Assembly (NCBI RefSeq): GCF_009914755.1
Contig: NC_060927.1
DNA: 64,000 bases
Reading direction: 5' to 3' (one strand)
DNA from: the human T2T-CHM13v2.0 reference genome, Homo sapiens
Shown: piece by piece, positions 1 to 16,773 of the stretch
Layout of the letters: each line of letters opens with the position of its first letter
Numbering within the stretch: the stretch's first letter is position 1
Made by a program: the position numbers and the translations under genes
The notes under the pieces: model-generated
What the model saw: only the letters and a program-made list of their open reading frames with translations
Databases searched by the model: none
Told to the model about the DNA's origin: nothing

Positions 1-469
<469 letters not shown>

Positions 470-1245
470 TGAATTTAATGGTGTTCCCTGTCACATGGAA
501 GCATTAATTTGCCTCAATTACTAGACTCTGAGACTCTCCTAACTAGACTGTGTTCGTTAAGGTTGAGTTTTTGGTTTTCCTGGCAAGTAGTGGTAGGTGC
601 TCAATAAATGTTGAATAAACGAACAAATCAACCATCTAGCAAAGCATTTTTGCAAATTTTTGGTCACAGACACAACAGTTCAACTCTTCCCAAGTTCCAT
701 GAGGCCAAGACACATACACTGACCGTCCAATCCTCATTTTGCTGCCCTATTGAAAACTGGGCTTCTGTGAAATAATGGGTTCGTTCTGTTTGTGCTTCTC
801 AAGGTAGAAAGGTGCCAACACTCATCCAGGGAGAAGCCCCGGGAAGATTTCCCTGTACTGCATGAGTGAAAGAACCTGCCAAGCTCCCTTTTCTCGGCAG
901 GTTCTGACGTGCTTTTACGAATCATTTAATAGGTGCCTGACCTTCAACTCAGGACAGGGTGCCTTCCGTAGTCCTTTTTCTCAAATTCATCCCCAAATAA
1001 AAAGATGCACTCCTGAGAAAGTGAAGCAATAAGTCCGCTTATTAGTCTGCCCCAAAACTTTACAACCACTGCTGGAAAGCTTATACTTCAAAAGCCAGCC
1101 CCTACCCCTGCAATTTCAGCACGTTCTGTCTTGCTCTGTCCTGAGCAGGATCACGAGAGGGCAACCCTTGAAAGGGTGCTCACATGCCTCAGCTCACCCG
1201 GACAAAGCTGGAAAAGCCCTTCCCTGTGCTGCTTCCCACCGTTCT

Positions 1246-1322
1246 TCACTCACCACCCAGTCTCAAAAGACTCACTCACCACCCAGTCTCAAGAGACTCA
1301 CTCACCACCCAGTCTCAAGAGA
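1246..1322. repeat. Tandem repeat, 3 x 26 bp (TCACTCACCACCCAGTCTCAARAGAC)
   Basis: Units at 1246, 1272 and 1298 seen directly. Confidence 0.95.
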
Positions 1323-1497
1323 TTTCTTTCATTACAAACTGCCTGTCTGGAAGGTTTAAGATGATCAGTGGCTTCCAAGTCACTAAAGAAGAAGGAAAAC
1401 GAGGGCTTAACTGTTAATTCTGCTTCCAGCTCTCTCCGAGAGGCAGGCATACCTGCTGGCACAGACACTGGCCTCTGAGAGGTCACTGACCGCTCAC

Positions 1498-1647
1498 CTG
1501 CAGCTTGTCCCGCTGCCTTGTGTGGGACATGAGAAGGTCTTCCGTGGATAGCATGCTTCTGGGCAGCTCTGCTGTGGCCAGGCAGGACCCAAACGTCTGC
1601 AGCATCTGGGCAGTGGTCTTCAAGGTCAAGGCAAAGTTTTCGATGGC
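1498..1647 (-). CDS. MCF2L2: Coding exon (150 nt, phase 0-0) of MCF2L2, spectrin-like helical region
   Basis: ccttccag|GCC...CAG|gtgagc; AIENFALTLKTTAQMLQTFGSCLATAELPRSMLSTEDLLMSHTRQRDKLQ; overlaps ORF 1483..1689. Confidence 0.94.
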
Positions 1648-1774
1648 CTGGAAGGTCAGACAATTGTAACAATATGGAGAGATTAACATTCACCAACATG
1701 CTGTCTTGATGGAAAGACAACAGATTTAGTTGATAAAATTAGTGAATAATCACCTCACCTTGGAAATGGTATAG

Positions 1775-1955
1775 AGGACCTGATTCTGATAGGGAGATTA
1801 AAAAGAGGCTGGTTTTAGTCTCAATGCTGCCACTAGTTGACCAAATGACTTTGGATAAGTCACCTCTTTACACTGAACGTCAGTTTATTTATCTATAAAA
1901 TAAAGTGATTGAGTCACACGATCTTTAAGATTCCTTTGAGTTCTAACTTTCTGAG
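1775..1955 (+). mobile_element. MIR-family SINE fragment
   Basis: gactttggataagtcac...cagtttatttatctataaaat core. Confidence 0.6.
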
Positions 1956-3403
1956 TCTCTCGTTCAAAGAGGTGACACCCAGAAAATGCACTGTCACACA
2001 GAAAAGAATCTATATATCTCACTTATAAAACAATATGTACTGTATATGTGTGGTTATATTATTCCTAGTTATATATACAGGCAAACCTCAGAGATATTGT
2101 GGGTTTGGTTCTAGGCCACTGCAATGAAGCCAATGTTACAATAAAGTGAGTCACAAAAATTCTTTTGTGTCCTAGTGCAAAGGGAAGTTATGTTTACAGT
2201 ATACTGTAGTCTATTAAGTGTGCAATAGCATTATGTCAAAAATTCCACATACCTTAATTTCAAAATACTTTATTGTTAAAAAATGCTAACCATCTTCTGG
2301 GCCTTCATCAAATCACAATCTTTTTGCTGCCGGAGGGTCTTGCCTCAATGTGGATGGCTGCTGACTGATCAGGGTGATGGTTGCCGAAGGCTGGAATGGT
2401 GGTGACAATTTCTTAAAGTAAGACAACAATGAAGTTGCCACATCAATTGACTTCCTTTCATGAAAGAATTCTCTGTAGCATGCGAAACTGTTTGGTAGCA
2501 GTTTACTCACAATAGAACTTCTTTCAAAATTGGAGTTAATCCTCTCAAACTCTGCCACTGCTTTGTAGACTAAGTTTATGGAATATTCTAAATCCTTTGT
2601 TGTCATTTCAACAATGTGCATAACGTCATCACCAGAAAGATGAAGAAATCACTTTTTTTGCTCATCCGTAAAAAACTGTTCTTCATTCATTCAAGCTTTA
2701 TCATGAGGTTGCAGCAATGCAGTCACATCTTCAGGCTCCACTTCTAGTTCTCTTGCTATTTCCACCACACCTGCAGTTACTTCCCCAACTAAAGTCTTGA
2801 ACCCTTCAAAGTCATCCATGAGGGTGGGAATCAGCTTCTCTCAAACTCCTGTTAATACTGATATTTTGACTTCCTCCCATGAATCACTAATGTTCTTAAA
2901 GGCATCCAGAATGATGAATCCTTTCCAGAAGGTTTGCAATTTGCTCTACTGACACCCATCAGAGGAATCACTATCTATGGCAGGTATAGCTTTACAAAGC
3001 ATATTTCTTAAATAGTAAAACTGAAAGTTGAAATTGCTCTTTGATCCACAAGCTGCAGCATAGATGTTGTGTTAGCAGGCATGAAAACATTCAACTCCTT
3101 GTACATCTCCATCAGAGCTCTCAGGTGACCAGGTGAATCTCCAATAAGCAGTAATATTTTGAAAGGATCTTTTTGTCTAAGCAGGAGGTCTCAACAGGTG
3201 GCTTAAAATATGCAGTTAACCATGCTGTAAACAGAAGTGCTGCCATCCAGGCTCTGTTGTTCTATTTCTAGGGCACAGGCAGAGTAGATTTAGCCTCATT
3301 CTTAAGGGCCCTAGGATTTTTGGAGTGGTAAATGAGCATTGGCTTCCATTTAAGGTCACCAGCTGCATTAGCCCCTAACAAGAGAGTCAGCCTGTCCTTT
3401 TAA

Positions 3404-3822
<419 letters not shown>

Positions 3823-4585
3823 GAGTATAGCCACTTTCAGCAATGATCTTAGCTAGATCTTCTGGATAACTTGCTGCAGCTTCTGTAGCAGCACCTTGCA
3901 CTTGTATGTTACAGAGAAGAATTCCTTCCTTAAACCTCACAAACCAACCCCTGCTAGCTTCAAACTTTTCTTCTGCAGCTTCTTCATCTCTCTCATTAAT
4001 AAAGTTGAAGAGAACTAGGGCCTTGCTCTGGATTAGGCTTTGGCTTAAGGAAATGTTGTGGGTGGTTTGATCTTCTATCCAGGCCCAGACCACTAAAACT
4101 TTCTCCATATCAGCAAGAAGGCTATTTTGCTTTCTTATCATTCATGTATTCACTGGAGTAGCATTTTTAGTTTCCATCAAGAACTTTTCCTTTGCATTCA
4201 CAACTAGGCGAACTGGCTAGGCTAAGAGGTCTAGCTTTCTGCCTGTCTCAACTTTTGACATGCCTTCCTCATTAAGCTTAATCGTTTCAAGCTTTTGATT
4301 TAAAGTGAGAGACAGGCCATTCTTCCTTTCACTTGAACACTTAGAGGTCATTGTAAGGTAATTAATTGGCCTAATTTCAATATTGTTCTGTCTTAGAGAG
4401 TAGGGAGGCCCGAGGAGAGGGAGAGAGACAGGTGATGACCAGTTGGTGGATCAGTCAGAACACACACAACATATATCCATTAAGTTCACTGTCTTACATG
4501 GATGCAGTTTTCGGCACCCCAAAACAATTACAATAGCAACACCAAAGATTGCTGACCACAGATCACTGTTACAAATATAACAGTT

Positions 4586-5041
<456 letters not shown>

Positions 5042-5236
5042 TTAAAAAAATTGCAATATCTGTGAAGCCCACTAATGTGAAGCATAATAAAATGAAACAC
5101 GACTGTATGTGTGTGTATAAAAAATATATACATGTAAAAGGCATGTAAAGAATATCTCTGGTCTTTCAATACTAGTTGTATTTTTTAAAGTTCACTAGAA
5201 AATGTTCAGCACATACACAACCACAAACCATGGCTA

Positions 5237-5590
5237 CATACTAGGCCAGGGATGGCCTATAACAAAAACACCTTAGGCTGGGTAATTTATAAGCAGCAGA
5301 AATTGATTTCTCACAGTTACAGTTCTGGAAGTTGGGAAGTTCAAGATCAAGGCCCCAGCAGATTTGGTGTCTGGTGGAGGTCTGTTCCTCATAAAGGATG
5401 CCTTCTGTGCCCTTACAGGGCAGAGGGGGCATAACAGCTCCCTTCAACCTCTTTTGCAAGGGCACTAACTCCATTTATGATGCCAGAGCCTTCATGACTT
5501 AATACATCCCAAAAGCCCCCTCCTCTTAATGCTATCACATTAGGTTCCAACATGTGAATTTTGAGGGGACGCCAACATTCAAGCCATGAC
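5237..5590 (-). mobile_element. MaLR solo LTR (MLT1A-like)
   Basis: ctgggtaatttataa...tctcacagtt...caagatcaaggc...gatttggtgtctggtg motifs. Confidence 0.75.
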
Positions 5591-5755
5591 TATGAGTTTT
5601 GATCTTTTTCCTCAATATTACTGAAACTCCTAACTTAGCATAACAATCACCAGTATCAGTAGGTAGGAAAAAGTAAAATACTATATATCAGGTGCTTTCA
5701 CAGACAATACATCACTTATTCCCCACATCAAACTTTCAGGAGGCTTTCGTTAGTC

Positions 5756-5966
5756 CGGGGTTTCTCAGCATTGGCTATTCACACTTTGGGCCAGAGGATT
5801 CTTTGTTGTGGGAGGCTGTCTTGAGCATTGTAAGGTGTTCAGCGGAGTCCCTGACGACCCACCAGATACCAGTTAACTTTCCCCACTAAGTTATGACTAC
5901 AAAAAAGTCTAAAGATATTGACAAATGTAGGAGGCAGGCAAAATTATCCCCTATAGAGAAATACTG
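5756..5966. mobile_element. MER20 (hAT-Charlie) inserted in a MIR (about 5690-6040)
   Basis: 8-bp TSD cgttagtc/tgttagtc; MER20 body; MIR cccattttaacagatgaagaaac resumes after it. Confidence 0.75.
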
Positions 5967-6051
5967 TGTTAGTCCCATTTTAACAGATGAAGAAACAAGC
6001 TCAGAAATGCTTAGAAACTCACCCAACATCAGACAACATGTTATTGTGACA

Positions 6052-6240
6052 ATTTTTTAAAATTAATTTCAACTTTGATTTTAGATTCGGGGGTACATGT
6101 GCAGGTTTGTTACATGGGTATATTGCATGATGCCAAGGTTTGGGGTACAGTTGATCCTGTCACCCAGGTAGTGAGTATCGTACCCAATAGTTCTACAATC
6201 CTTGTCCCCCTCCCACCTTCTCACCTATAGTAGTCCCCGG
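6052..6240 (-). mobile_element. L1PB-like 3' end fragment
   Basis: gggggtacatgtgcaggtttgttacatgggtatattg. Confidence 0.8.
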
Positions 6241-6294
6241 GGGGTGACACTATTTAAATGTAGCTTCTTCTGACTTCATGGGTGTCAATATGTA

Positions 6295-6430
6295 TGTACG
6301 TTAGAATCATCTGGGGAGTTCTGTGGTGTGTTAATGTCTAAGACCCATCCCACATGAAGTAAATTAGTTTCTCTGAGGTATAACAGGCTATTGGTGTTTC
6401 TGGAAACTTCCCAGGTGCATTCGAAGGTAA
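6295..6430. mobile_element. MER5-like hAT fragment
   Basis: ttagaatcatctggggag...cttcccaggtg. Confidence 0.5.
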
Positions 6431-6664
6431 GTGTCCCAAAACCCCCACACCGGGAGATGCAGTGGGGTAAGGTGGTCAACAGGAGAAATCCCAGCCTTCG
6501 CCCTTCCACACTCCTTCTTCCCCACCCTGTGGCTGAGAAATCCCAACCACCCCAAGGTCAGGCAGTCACAGGGTGACCTCCTGGCAGTTGATCTTTAACT
6601 CCCCCACCCCATCTTCCAGAAAACAAGGAGAGACAGTGAAAAGCACACGTAAGCTGGTACTCAC

Positions 6665-6781
6665 AGTGCGGTGATTTACCCACTGACCGTGGCGATATTC
6701 CAAAGTCCCCCCTAATTCCCGGGTCAGTTGGCTTTTGTCGATGTAGCCGTGAAGGTCAGAGACAGAGTTTACCATGATGAT
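6665..6781 (-). CDS. MCF2L2: Coding exon (117 nt, phase 0-0) of MCF2L2, end of SEC14 domain
   Basis: ccttacag|ATC...ACT|gtgagt; IIMVNSVSDLHGYIDKSQLTRELGGTLEYRHGQWVNHRT with the SEC14 L..ELGG motif; overlaps ORF 6566..6775. Confidence 0.94.
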
Positions 6782-6939
6782 CTGTAAGGTAAAAATTTAA
6801 TTAAACATACTCCTCATTGATCATTAAATAATAGCTCATTTACATTCTATTCTTATCATAATTATATTTTATATTCTATTATTATTTAAATGATACTCCA
6901 ACTTTGCTTTATCAGGCATTTATATTTAAAAATGGTTAC

Positions 6940-7240
6940 AGCCAAGCACAGTCGCTCATGCCGGTAATCTCAGCACTTTGGAAGGCTGAGGTGGGAGAAT
7001 CATTTGAGGCCTGGAGTTTGAGACCAGCCAGAGCAACATAGCAAGACCCCATCACTAGAAAAAAAATAAAAAAAAAAATTAGCCAGGCATGGTGGCATGC
7101 ACCTGTGGCCCCAGCTACTTGGGTGGCTAAGTCAAGAGGACTGCTTGGGCCTGGAGGTTAAGGCTGCAGCAAACAGTGATCGCACCATGGCACTCCAGCC
7201 TGGGCGACAGAACAAGACCACATCAAAAAAAAAAAAAAAA
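6940..7240 (+). mobile_element. AluJ
   Basis: Diverged dimer with J-type residues and A tail. Confidence 0.88.
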
Positions 7241-8014
7241 GTTACTATATCCAGCAGGGAAATATTTTAAAGTCTCTTCCATTTTTTGCTTTTGAGTGAG
7301 AAATACCAAAGCGTGGTATAGCCTGTGACAAAATGTTGACTTGGCTCAGGGAACACAGTTCCAGGCTACCTAGAAGTCAGGCCTTGCTTTACGTGAATTT
7401 TCAGTCATAAGTTCCCAAGCTAAGGTACACCTTTCAGCCACCAAAATCAAGTGTTGTGCAATGGCCTGAAAGTCTACCATGAGAAGCCCAATCAAAGCTG
7501 GTCGGGTAAATGTGAAAATAAAACTAGAATACAGGGAAACACAAAGAGTATGCATTGAAAAGACTCACTACACTGGTGCGCCCCGATGAAGAATATTGAT
7601 GTGTCCCTACTTTAGCTTGCACTGAGGGGATCTGGAGGTGACAGGGCATTGGGTTTTATAAGCTAGCAGTTCCGCTGATGAGCGAACACTCACACATCCA
7701 GAGGAAGCTGACGCATCCCCAATTGCCCCTTTCTATTCCTTGGCAGTAGTTCTGGCCTGGGTGTGGTTCTGGCTCACTCAGTGACTATATCACACCCTCT
7801 ACTCACTCCTGAGTGGGACAAGGACTCCTCACTCCTATCTCTGAAACACATCTTTGAAGCCTTTAACTATGACATTATATTTTTTCACTCCCTGTTGATT
7901 ATTTTGAAAATTAACTCTTGGTCAGAGGACATAAGAATATGGACTTCCTTCTATTATTGTAAAGTATTAGTCAAGGAATGAATCCACTTTGGAATGAGAA
8001 TATAAATTAGAGAC

Positions 8015-8175
8015 CAGCCAGGTACGGTGGTTTGCACCTGTAATCCCAGCTACTCAGGAGGCTGAGGCAGGAGGACTCCGTGGGCCCAGGAATTTGAGGC
8101 TCCAATGAGCTGTGATCGCATCACTGCACTCCAGACTGGGTGATAGAGGGAGACCCCATCTCTTAAAAAAAAAAA
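8015..8175 (+). mobile_element. Free Alu monomer (FRAM/FAM-like)
   Basis: Single right-arm-type monomer with A tail. Confidence 0.8.
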
Positions 8176-8269
8176 TTGTGGCCTAAAGTCTATAGGCCAA
8201 AATTATGCAACAAAACTGATTTACTCTTTCAACAGATATGTATTGAACTACTAAAAAAAAGTGCCAGGT

Positions 8270-8716
8270 TATTCACAATAGCAAAGACTTGGAACCAACC
8301 CAAATGTCCAACAATGATAGACTGGATTAAGAAAATGTGGCACATATACATCATGGAATACTATGCAGCCATAAAAAATGTAGAGTTCATGTCCTTTGTA
8401 GGGACATGGATGAAACTGGAAACCATCATTCTCAGCAAACTATCACAAGGACAAAAAACCAAAGCATGTTCTCACTCATAGGTGGGAATTGAACAATGAG
8501 AACACATGGACACGGGAAGGGGAACATCATACTCCGGGGACTGTTGTGGGGTGGGGGGAGGGGGGAGGGATAGCATTAGGAGATATACCTAATGCTAAAT
8601 GACGAGTTAATGGGTGCAGCACACCAGCATGGCACATGTATACATATGTAACAAACCTGCACATTGTGCACATGTACCCTAGAACTTAAAGTATAATAAT
8701 AATAAAAGAAAAAAAA
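8270..8716 (+). mobile_element. 5'-truncated young L1PA (about L1PA3-5) 3' end, inserted in an L2 fragment
   Basis: End of ORF2, G-rich 3'UTR, atgacGAGttaatg (not the L1HS ACA/ACG form); perfect 17-bp TSD aaaaaaaagtgccaggt (8253-8269, 8709-8725). Confidence 0.92.
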
Positions 8717-9614
8717 GTGCCAGGTACTGGGGGATAATAAGGTAAACAAGACAGACCCTGTTCTAGAGAGACTCAGGCTCTGTGGGATTTGATTACCACC
8801 TATCACCACCTTAACCTTGTCAGGCCCCATGTCTTGCTCCTCCACTTCTGAAAATGGTTTGGGGCTTTTAAAATGTATCTTTATAATATGAGAATGGATA
8901 AAAACCTGAATCTATCTGTGCCTTTCCCACCTAAAAATTTTAAACCACTTATGGGAGTTTTTAAAAGGTATTTATTCTTTCTAAAATTAGAAATTTTAGG
9001 ACAGGTCGTTAGAAATTATCAAGCTAAAAATGTATTTTGCTTCTTGGAGTATGAGTTGCTATGGTAATAATCGACATTTTAAAAAAGACCCAATGTGCAA
9101 CATTGTATTAGGCAAAAGTAACCTTGCACAGGGTCTGGAGTTTCAGAAACCTATCCTGCCAGGCTGCATATTTTCTGTACCATGAGGGAGGTGTGATATC
9201 CCACACTTGCCAAAACTCTGCTTTCTCATCTTAAGCTTTAGATGACGAAGAGGAATTTTAAGTTGAAAGCGAAAAGTGAAAATTAAAAACAAAGGATTAT
9301 ATTAGAAGAGTTAATACTGTTAAGTATTGATCTGTAGAGTCAAAACAATTCCATAATCAAAATCCCAGCTGACTTTTTATAGAAATTAACAAACTGATTC
9401 TAAAATTCATATAGAAATGCAAAAGACATCAAATAGGTAAAACAATTTTGTAAAAGAAGAAAAAAGTTGAATGAGTCACATAAGTTTTGTCAGTTTCAAA
9501 ACTTAATAAAATTGCAGTAAAGAAGAGTGTGGTAATGACAAAGGATGGACAAATAGATCAATGGGAAAAAAAAAGCAAGTCCTGATAGACCCACACAAAT
9601 ACGATCAATTGATT

Positions 9615-10302
<688 letters not shown>

Positions 10303-10415
10303 TGATTTTTTACAAAGGTGCAAAGGTAATTCAATGGAGAAATAATTCTATTTAAACAAATGGTGCTGAAACAACCGGACATTCATATGTAAAAATAGGA
10401 ATCTTGACCCACACC

Positions 10416-11148
<733 letters not shown>

Positions 11149-11237
11149 TATCTCACATCTTATACAAAAATTAAGTCAAAATGGATCATAGATCTAAACA
11201 TGAAACATTAAACTTGGAAGAAAATGTAGAAGAAAAC

Positions 11238-12016
11238 TGTGGTATAGTAAGAAATGTATTCAGTCTTTGTCCCTGGTTCCTGGTACAGAGTTCCTAAAAC
11301 TCTTATAATTTCTTGAGTGATAGGAGTATCTTGTATTATTTATAATGAACCCCTTTGGTCACACCTGAGTTTACATGAATGCGGTGACTCAGGGTGGGAA
11401 CTCTAGATAGCCTCTGGATGGAGCTGGTGTCCAGAAAAAATAAGTGATTATAATTTGGAATTTTCAGCCCCACTCACTGACCTCTGGGAAGAAGAAGATT
11501 AAACTCTATAGAAACTCTAGAACAAGGAGATTTAAGGAGCTCCCAGGTTGGTGAATACACCAAGGTCCTGGAAGGGTGGTATGCTGGAGACAGCGTGGAA
11601 GCTCTGTGCACCCCACACACCTTGCCCTATGGATCTCATTCATCTGGCTGTTCCTGAGTTATATCCTTTATGATAAACCAGTAAACATAAGTAAAGTGTT
11701 TCCCTTAGTTCTGTGAGTCATTCTAGCAAATTATAGAACCCAAGGAGGAGGCTGTCAGAACCCCCCTAATCCACAGCTGGTAGGTCAGAAGTACAGGATG
11801 CCCAGACTTAAAATTAGCATCTGAAGTGGGGACAGTCTTGAGGGACTGAGCCCTCAACTTGTGGGATCTGATGCTAACTTCAGTGTCTGAATTGAATTGT
11901 AGAGCCCCTGATTGGTGTCTAGACAGTTGGAGAACTGCTTGGTGTGAAAAAAAAAAAAAAGCAGCCTACACATTAGTTGTCAGAAGTGTTGTGTGAGTAG
12001 AGAAAGTGTTTTCTCA
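11238..12016 (+). mobile_element. MER21-family solo LTR
   Basis: tgtggtatagtaagaaatgtatt...gtcagaagtgttgtgtgag. Confidence 0.75.
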
Positions 12017-12616
12017 GAGAAATTTTAGGAGAAATATTTGGGTTAGGCAAAGAGTTCTGTGATATGGCACCAAAAGCATAACCCATAAAAGAAAAGCTGA
12101 TAAGCTGGACTTCATCCAAATTAAAAACATTTGCTCTGCAAAAGACACTGTTAAGAGAATGAAAATCCAACCTACAAACTGAGAGAAAATATTTGCAAGT
12201 CATATATCAGACAGTGATTTATATCCAGAACATATAAAGAACTCTCAAAACCCAACAATGTGAAAACAAAAACCCAATTAAAAAAGGGCAAAAGATTTGA
12301 ACAGAAGCATCACCAAAGAACATATACAGATGGAAAATAAATACATGAAAAGAGGCTCAATATCATGAATCATTAGGAAATAGCAAATTAAAACCACAGT
12401 GAGATACCACAACATGCCTATTAAATGACTAATTAAAAAAATACCCTCGTTTTTGAAAAGGTGGTAAGAGTATGAAGTAGCTGGAATTCACATACATTGC
12501 TGGTGGGAATGCAAAATGATAGAGCCACTTTGCAAAAACAGTTTGGCAATTTCTTTTAAAGTTAAACATAAACCTACTCTGTGGCCCAGCAAACACATGT
12601 ATGTGAATGTTTATAG

Positions 12617-12925
<309 letters not shown>

Positions 12926-13126
12926 TAATCACTAAAAACTAGAAACAACTCAAATGTTCTTTCCTGGTGAATGGTGAACAGATAAACAGGGACCTCTATA
13001 ATGTGAGATAATATTCAGCAATGAAAGGAAAGAACTATGGGCATACCCAGCAACATGGATGAACCCCAACTGTTTTATGCTAAGTGAAAGAAGTCAGACT
13101 CAGACTCAAAGGCTACCCAGTATACA

Positions 13127-13843
<717 letters not shown>

Positions 13844-14302
13844 GAATTGCATTTGTATGACTCTCTGCAAAAAGGCAAAACTATAAGGATGGAGAGCAGA
13901 TCAGTGGCAGCCAGGGATTAGGGATGGGGAGAGGGGCTGGCTACAAAAGGGCAGAGTGAGGAAGTTTTGCGTGGTGATGGGGCTGTTCTGTATCTTTATT
14001 GTGGTGACTGGATAACACCACGCATTTGTCAAACTTCATAGAACTGTACACCAAAGAGAGTGAATTTTACCTGATGTAAATTTTCAAAAACAAATGAGAG
14101 GCAGTTTCCCCACATTTTTTTTCTTCTTTTAATCTTTACAGGATAGAAATGTTTAAAAAGTTTTTATATTCTATATAGTGAAGAAAAAAGGCAGAATAAT
14201 TGTGCTCATCAAACCCACAGGACACACTAAGCATGTAAAACTGGCCTTAAAACATTTTTTCTGTCTTTTCTTGGATTCTGTTTTTGTCTATTTGGCATCC
14301 TC

Positions 14303-14870
14303 TCATTACAGGGTCAATTACATGAGCCACATTTTCTTATTTTCTGTACTCTTGAGGCTCTGGCATTTGTGGCCTCCATGACTAGGAAGAGACTGCCCCG
14401 CCACCCCCACCCCAGGGCTAACCACTTCTTAGAGACAGGGAAGGGGTTAGCTGGGAGCAGGTCTTTCATACGCAAAACAACCAGTCTCAAATCCAAATCC
14501 CCAACCACCACCTTATCAAACTCTCACACACCAGGCCATTGTTTACCTTGCCCTAAGTCATCCCAGGGCCAGGTGCCATGTAACAAAGAGACAATCCTTA
14601 TACCCCAAAGACTGCAGGAGTTATTCAAACTAGTCCATACTAAATCCTGCCTTGCTTTGCCTGCAGAACTCCAGTAAACGCTCTGTCCTAGACTTTCCTC
14701 TGCCTCCTTCTTCTGCCTCCTGACCAAAGCTTGGTGCTTCCCCAGTAGCCCATGCGGCGTGAGGTGACCCCGACCCCTGGACATGTGGATATTATAAACT
14801 TCTTCCTTCCAAGCCTGTCTCTTCCTGTGGCCCCACCAACTTTACCATACGTGCATATTCTTGTAACAAT
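14303..14870 (+). mobile_element. ERVL solo LTR (MER74-like)
   Basis: gagactgcccc...cagggctaaccacttcttagagac...ttattcaaactag. Confidence 0.65.
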
Positions 14871-15171
14871 TGTTAAAAGCTAAAAATGTCTTGTTTCTTT
14901 TCCTTTTCTGTATACATTTGTGTTCTTATCTATAGATGCTTAAAACCGTTCTTTCAAAGAAATACATGGTCTTTTAACTGCACAAGAAGCATTTCCTGTA
15001 TTCTGACACAAACTCCATTTTAAGCAACCAATTTCCACGATCATAGCCTCTTCAGGAGTTTTACAAGACTGCCTTGGTGACTTCACATTAACAGTTTTAT
15101 GAGGCTGCTATGAGTACAGCTGTTCCAGAATAGGGAAGTGCCTGGCCAGCAACAGGGACTCAGAAACCATC

Positions 15172-15311
15172 TACTGGGAGGCCAAGGCAGGAGGATCACT
15201 TGAGCCCAGGAGGTTGAGGCTGCAGTGAGTCCTGATGGAGCCACGGCACTCCAGCCTGGGTGACAGAGCAAGACACAGTTTCAAACAAAACAAAACAAAA
15301 ACAAACAAAAA
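15172..15311 (+). mobile_element. 5'-truncated AluJ/FRAM with (CAAAA)n tail
   Basis: TSD aaaccatctact/aaaccatttact. Confidence 0.82.
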
Positions 15312-16275
15312 CCATTTACTACATGAAAGTACTTCCCCTCCATAGATAAAGGTAGAGGGAGGCTGTCACTTGGCTACAATTACATCCTTGACCCACCTGA
15401 TTCCTATACCAGTCAGACAAAATAAACTCCTTTCCCCCCAACACGTGAAAATGTAATTATCTAACTAGAAATGACCAGGAAGATGTTATAATATAAGAGA
15501 GGCTAGGAAGCTACAAAGTAAAGTGCTAATATCACAACACGTTTTAAAAATAAAGAAGATAAACTGACAGTTTGAACTGTCATTGAGAAGGCAACACGTA
15601 TTGAGAAGTTAGATTTCATTAAGCTTGATAACTTCAGACTCTGCCGTTTCTGGAGCATCAGCGCTACCAGGGAGTGTGACCTTGTGCGTCAGGTGAAATG
15701 GTTACTTACGGAGTGAACTTGCATTAAAGAATGCCCTACTCAATGTGCCCAGGGTTTGGGTGACTGAGAGCTTTTTCAAAAGTTGATTTTAAGTTTAAAA
15801 TTAAAAGCAGGTCAGGCAGGGAATCAACCTACACTACCACAAATAGAGGTAGCTAAAGTCAGAATATCGAGATAAAGTAGATGTTCAGTCCCTCCTAGGT
15901 GTAGATGCATCACCTGAGAAGGAGGGCATAAGTCACAAATGTATCTGTGTACATATGAGCACACCTAGATCATATGTATCATATGTATAAAACACGTGTT
16001 TTATATGCAATCAGGGAAATACGCGTGACATTTGGTCAAATGCTCAGTTCCAACTCCAAACGTTTTTGAGTGGCAAGAAGAATTGATGAGTCTTCATTTC
16101 TGAAGGGGAGTCACGAAGGGACTCGTGAAGATGATGACACGTCATCGGCTTCTTGTCAGTCTCCATCTCTTCCCAAACATCAACAGTTACTCAAGTTAGG
16201 AAAACTGAGCAAAGAACTCAGGCCTCACATTTTCCTTAAACACTCAAGTGTTTCAAAAATGAGTATTTAAAATAG

Positions 16276-16773
<498 letters not shown>

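Noticed and set aside
1246-1322. CRISPR-like array
   Set aside because: Head-to-tail repeats with no spacers, in primate DNA
1298-1720. 140-aa minus-strand ORF
   Set aside because: Alternative frame overlapping the real exon; GC-rich coding shadow
7676-7700. CTGATGA followed by GCGAAC as a hammerhead ribozyme core
   Set aside because: No stem II, no GAAA and no flanking stems visible
8545-8570. G-quadruplex motif
   Set aside because: Standard G-rich tract of the L1PA 3'UTR
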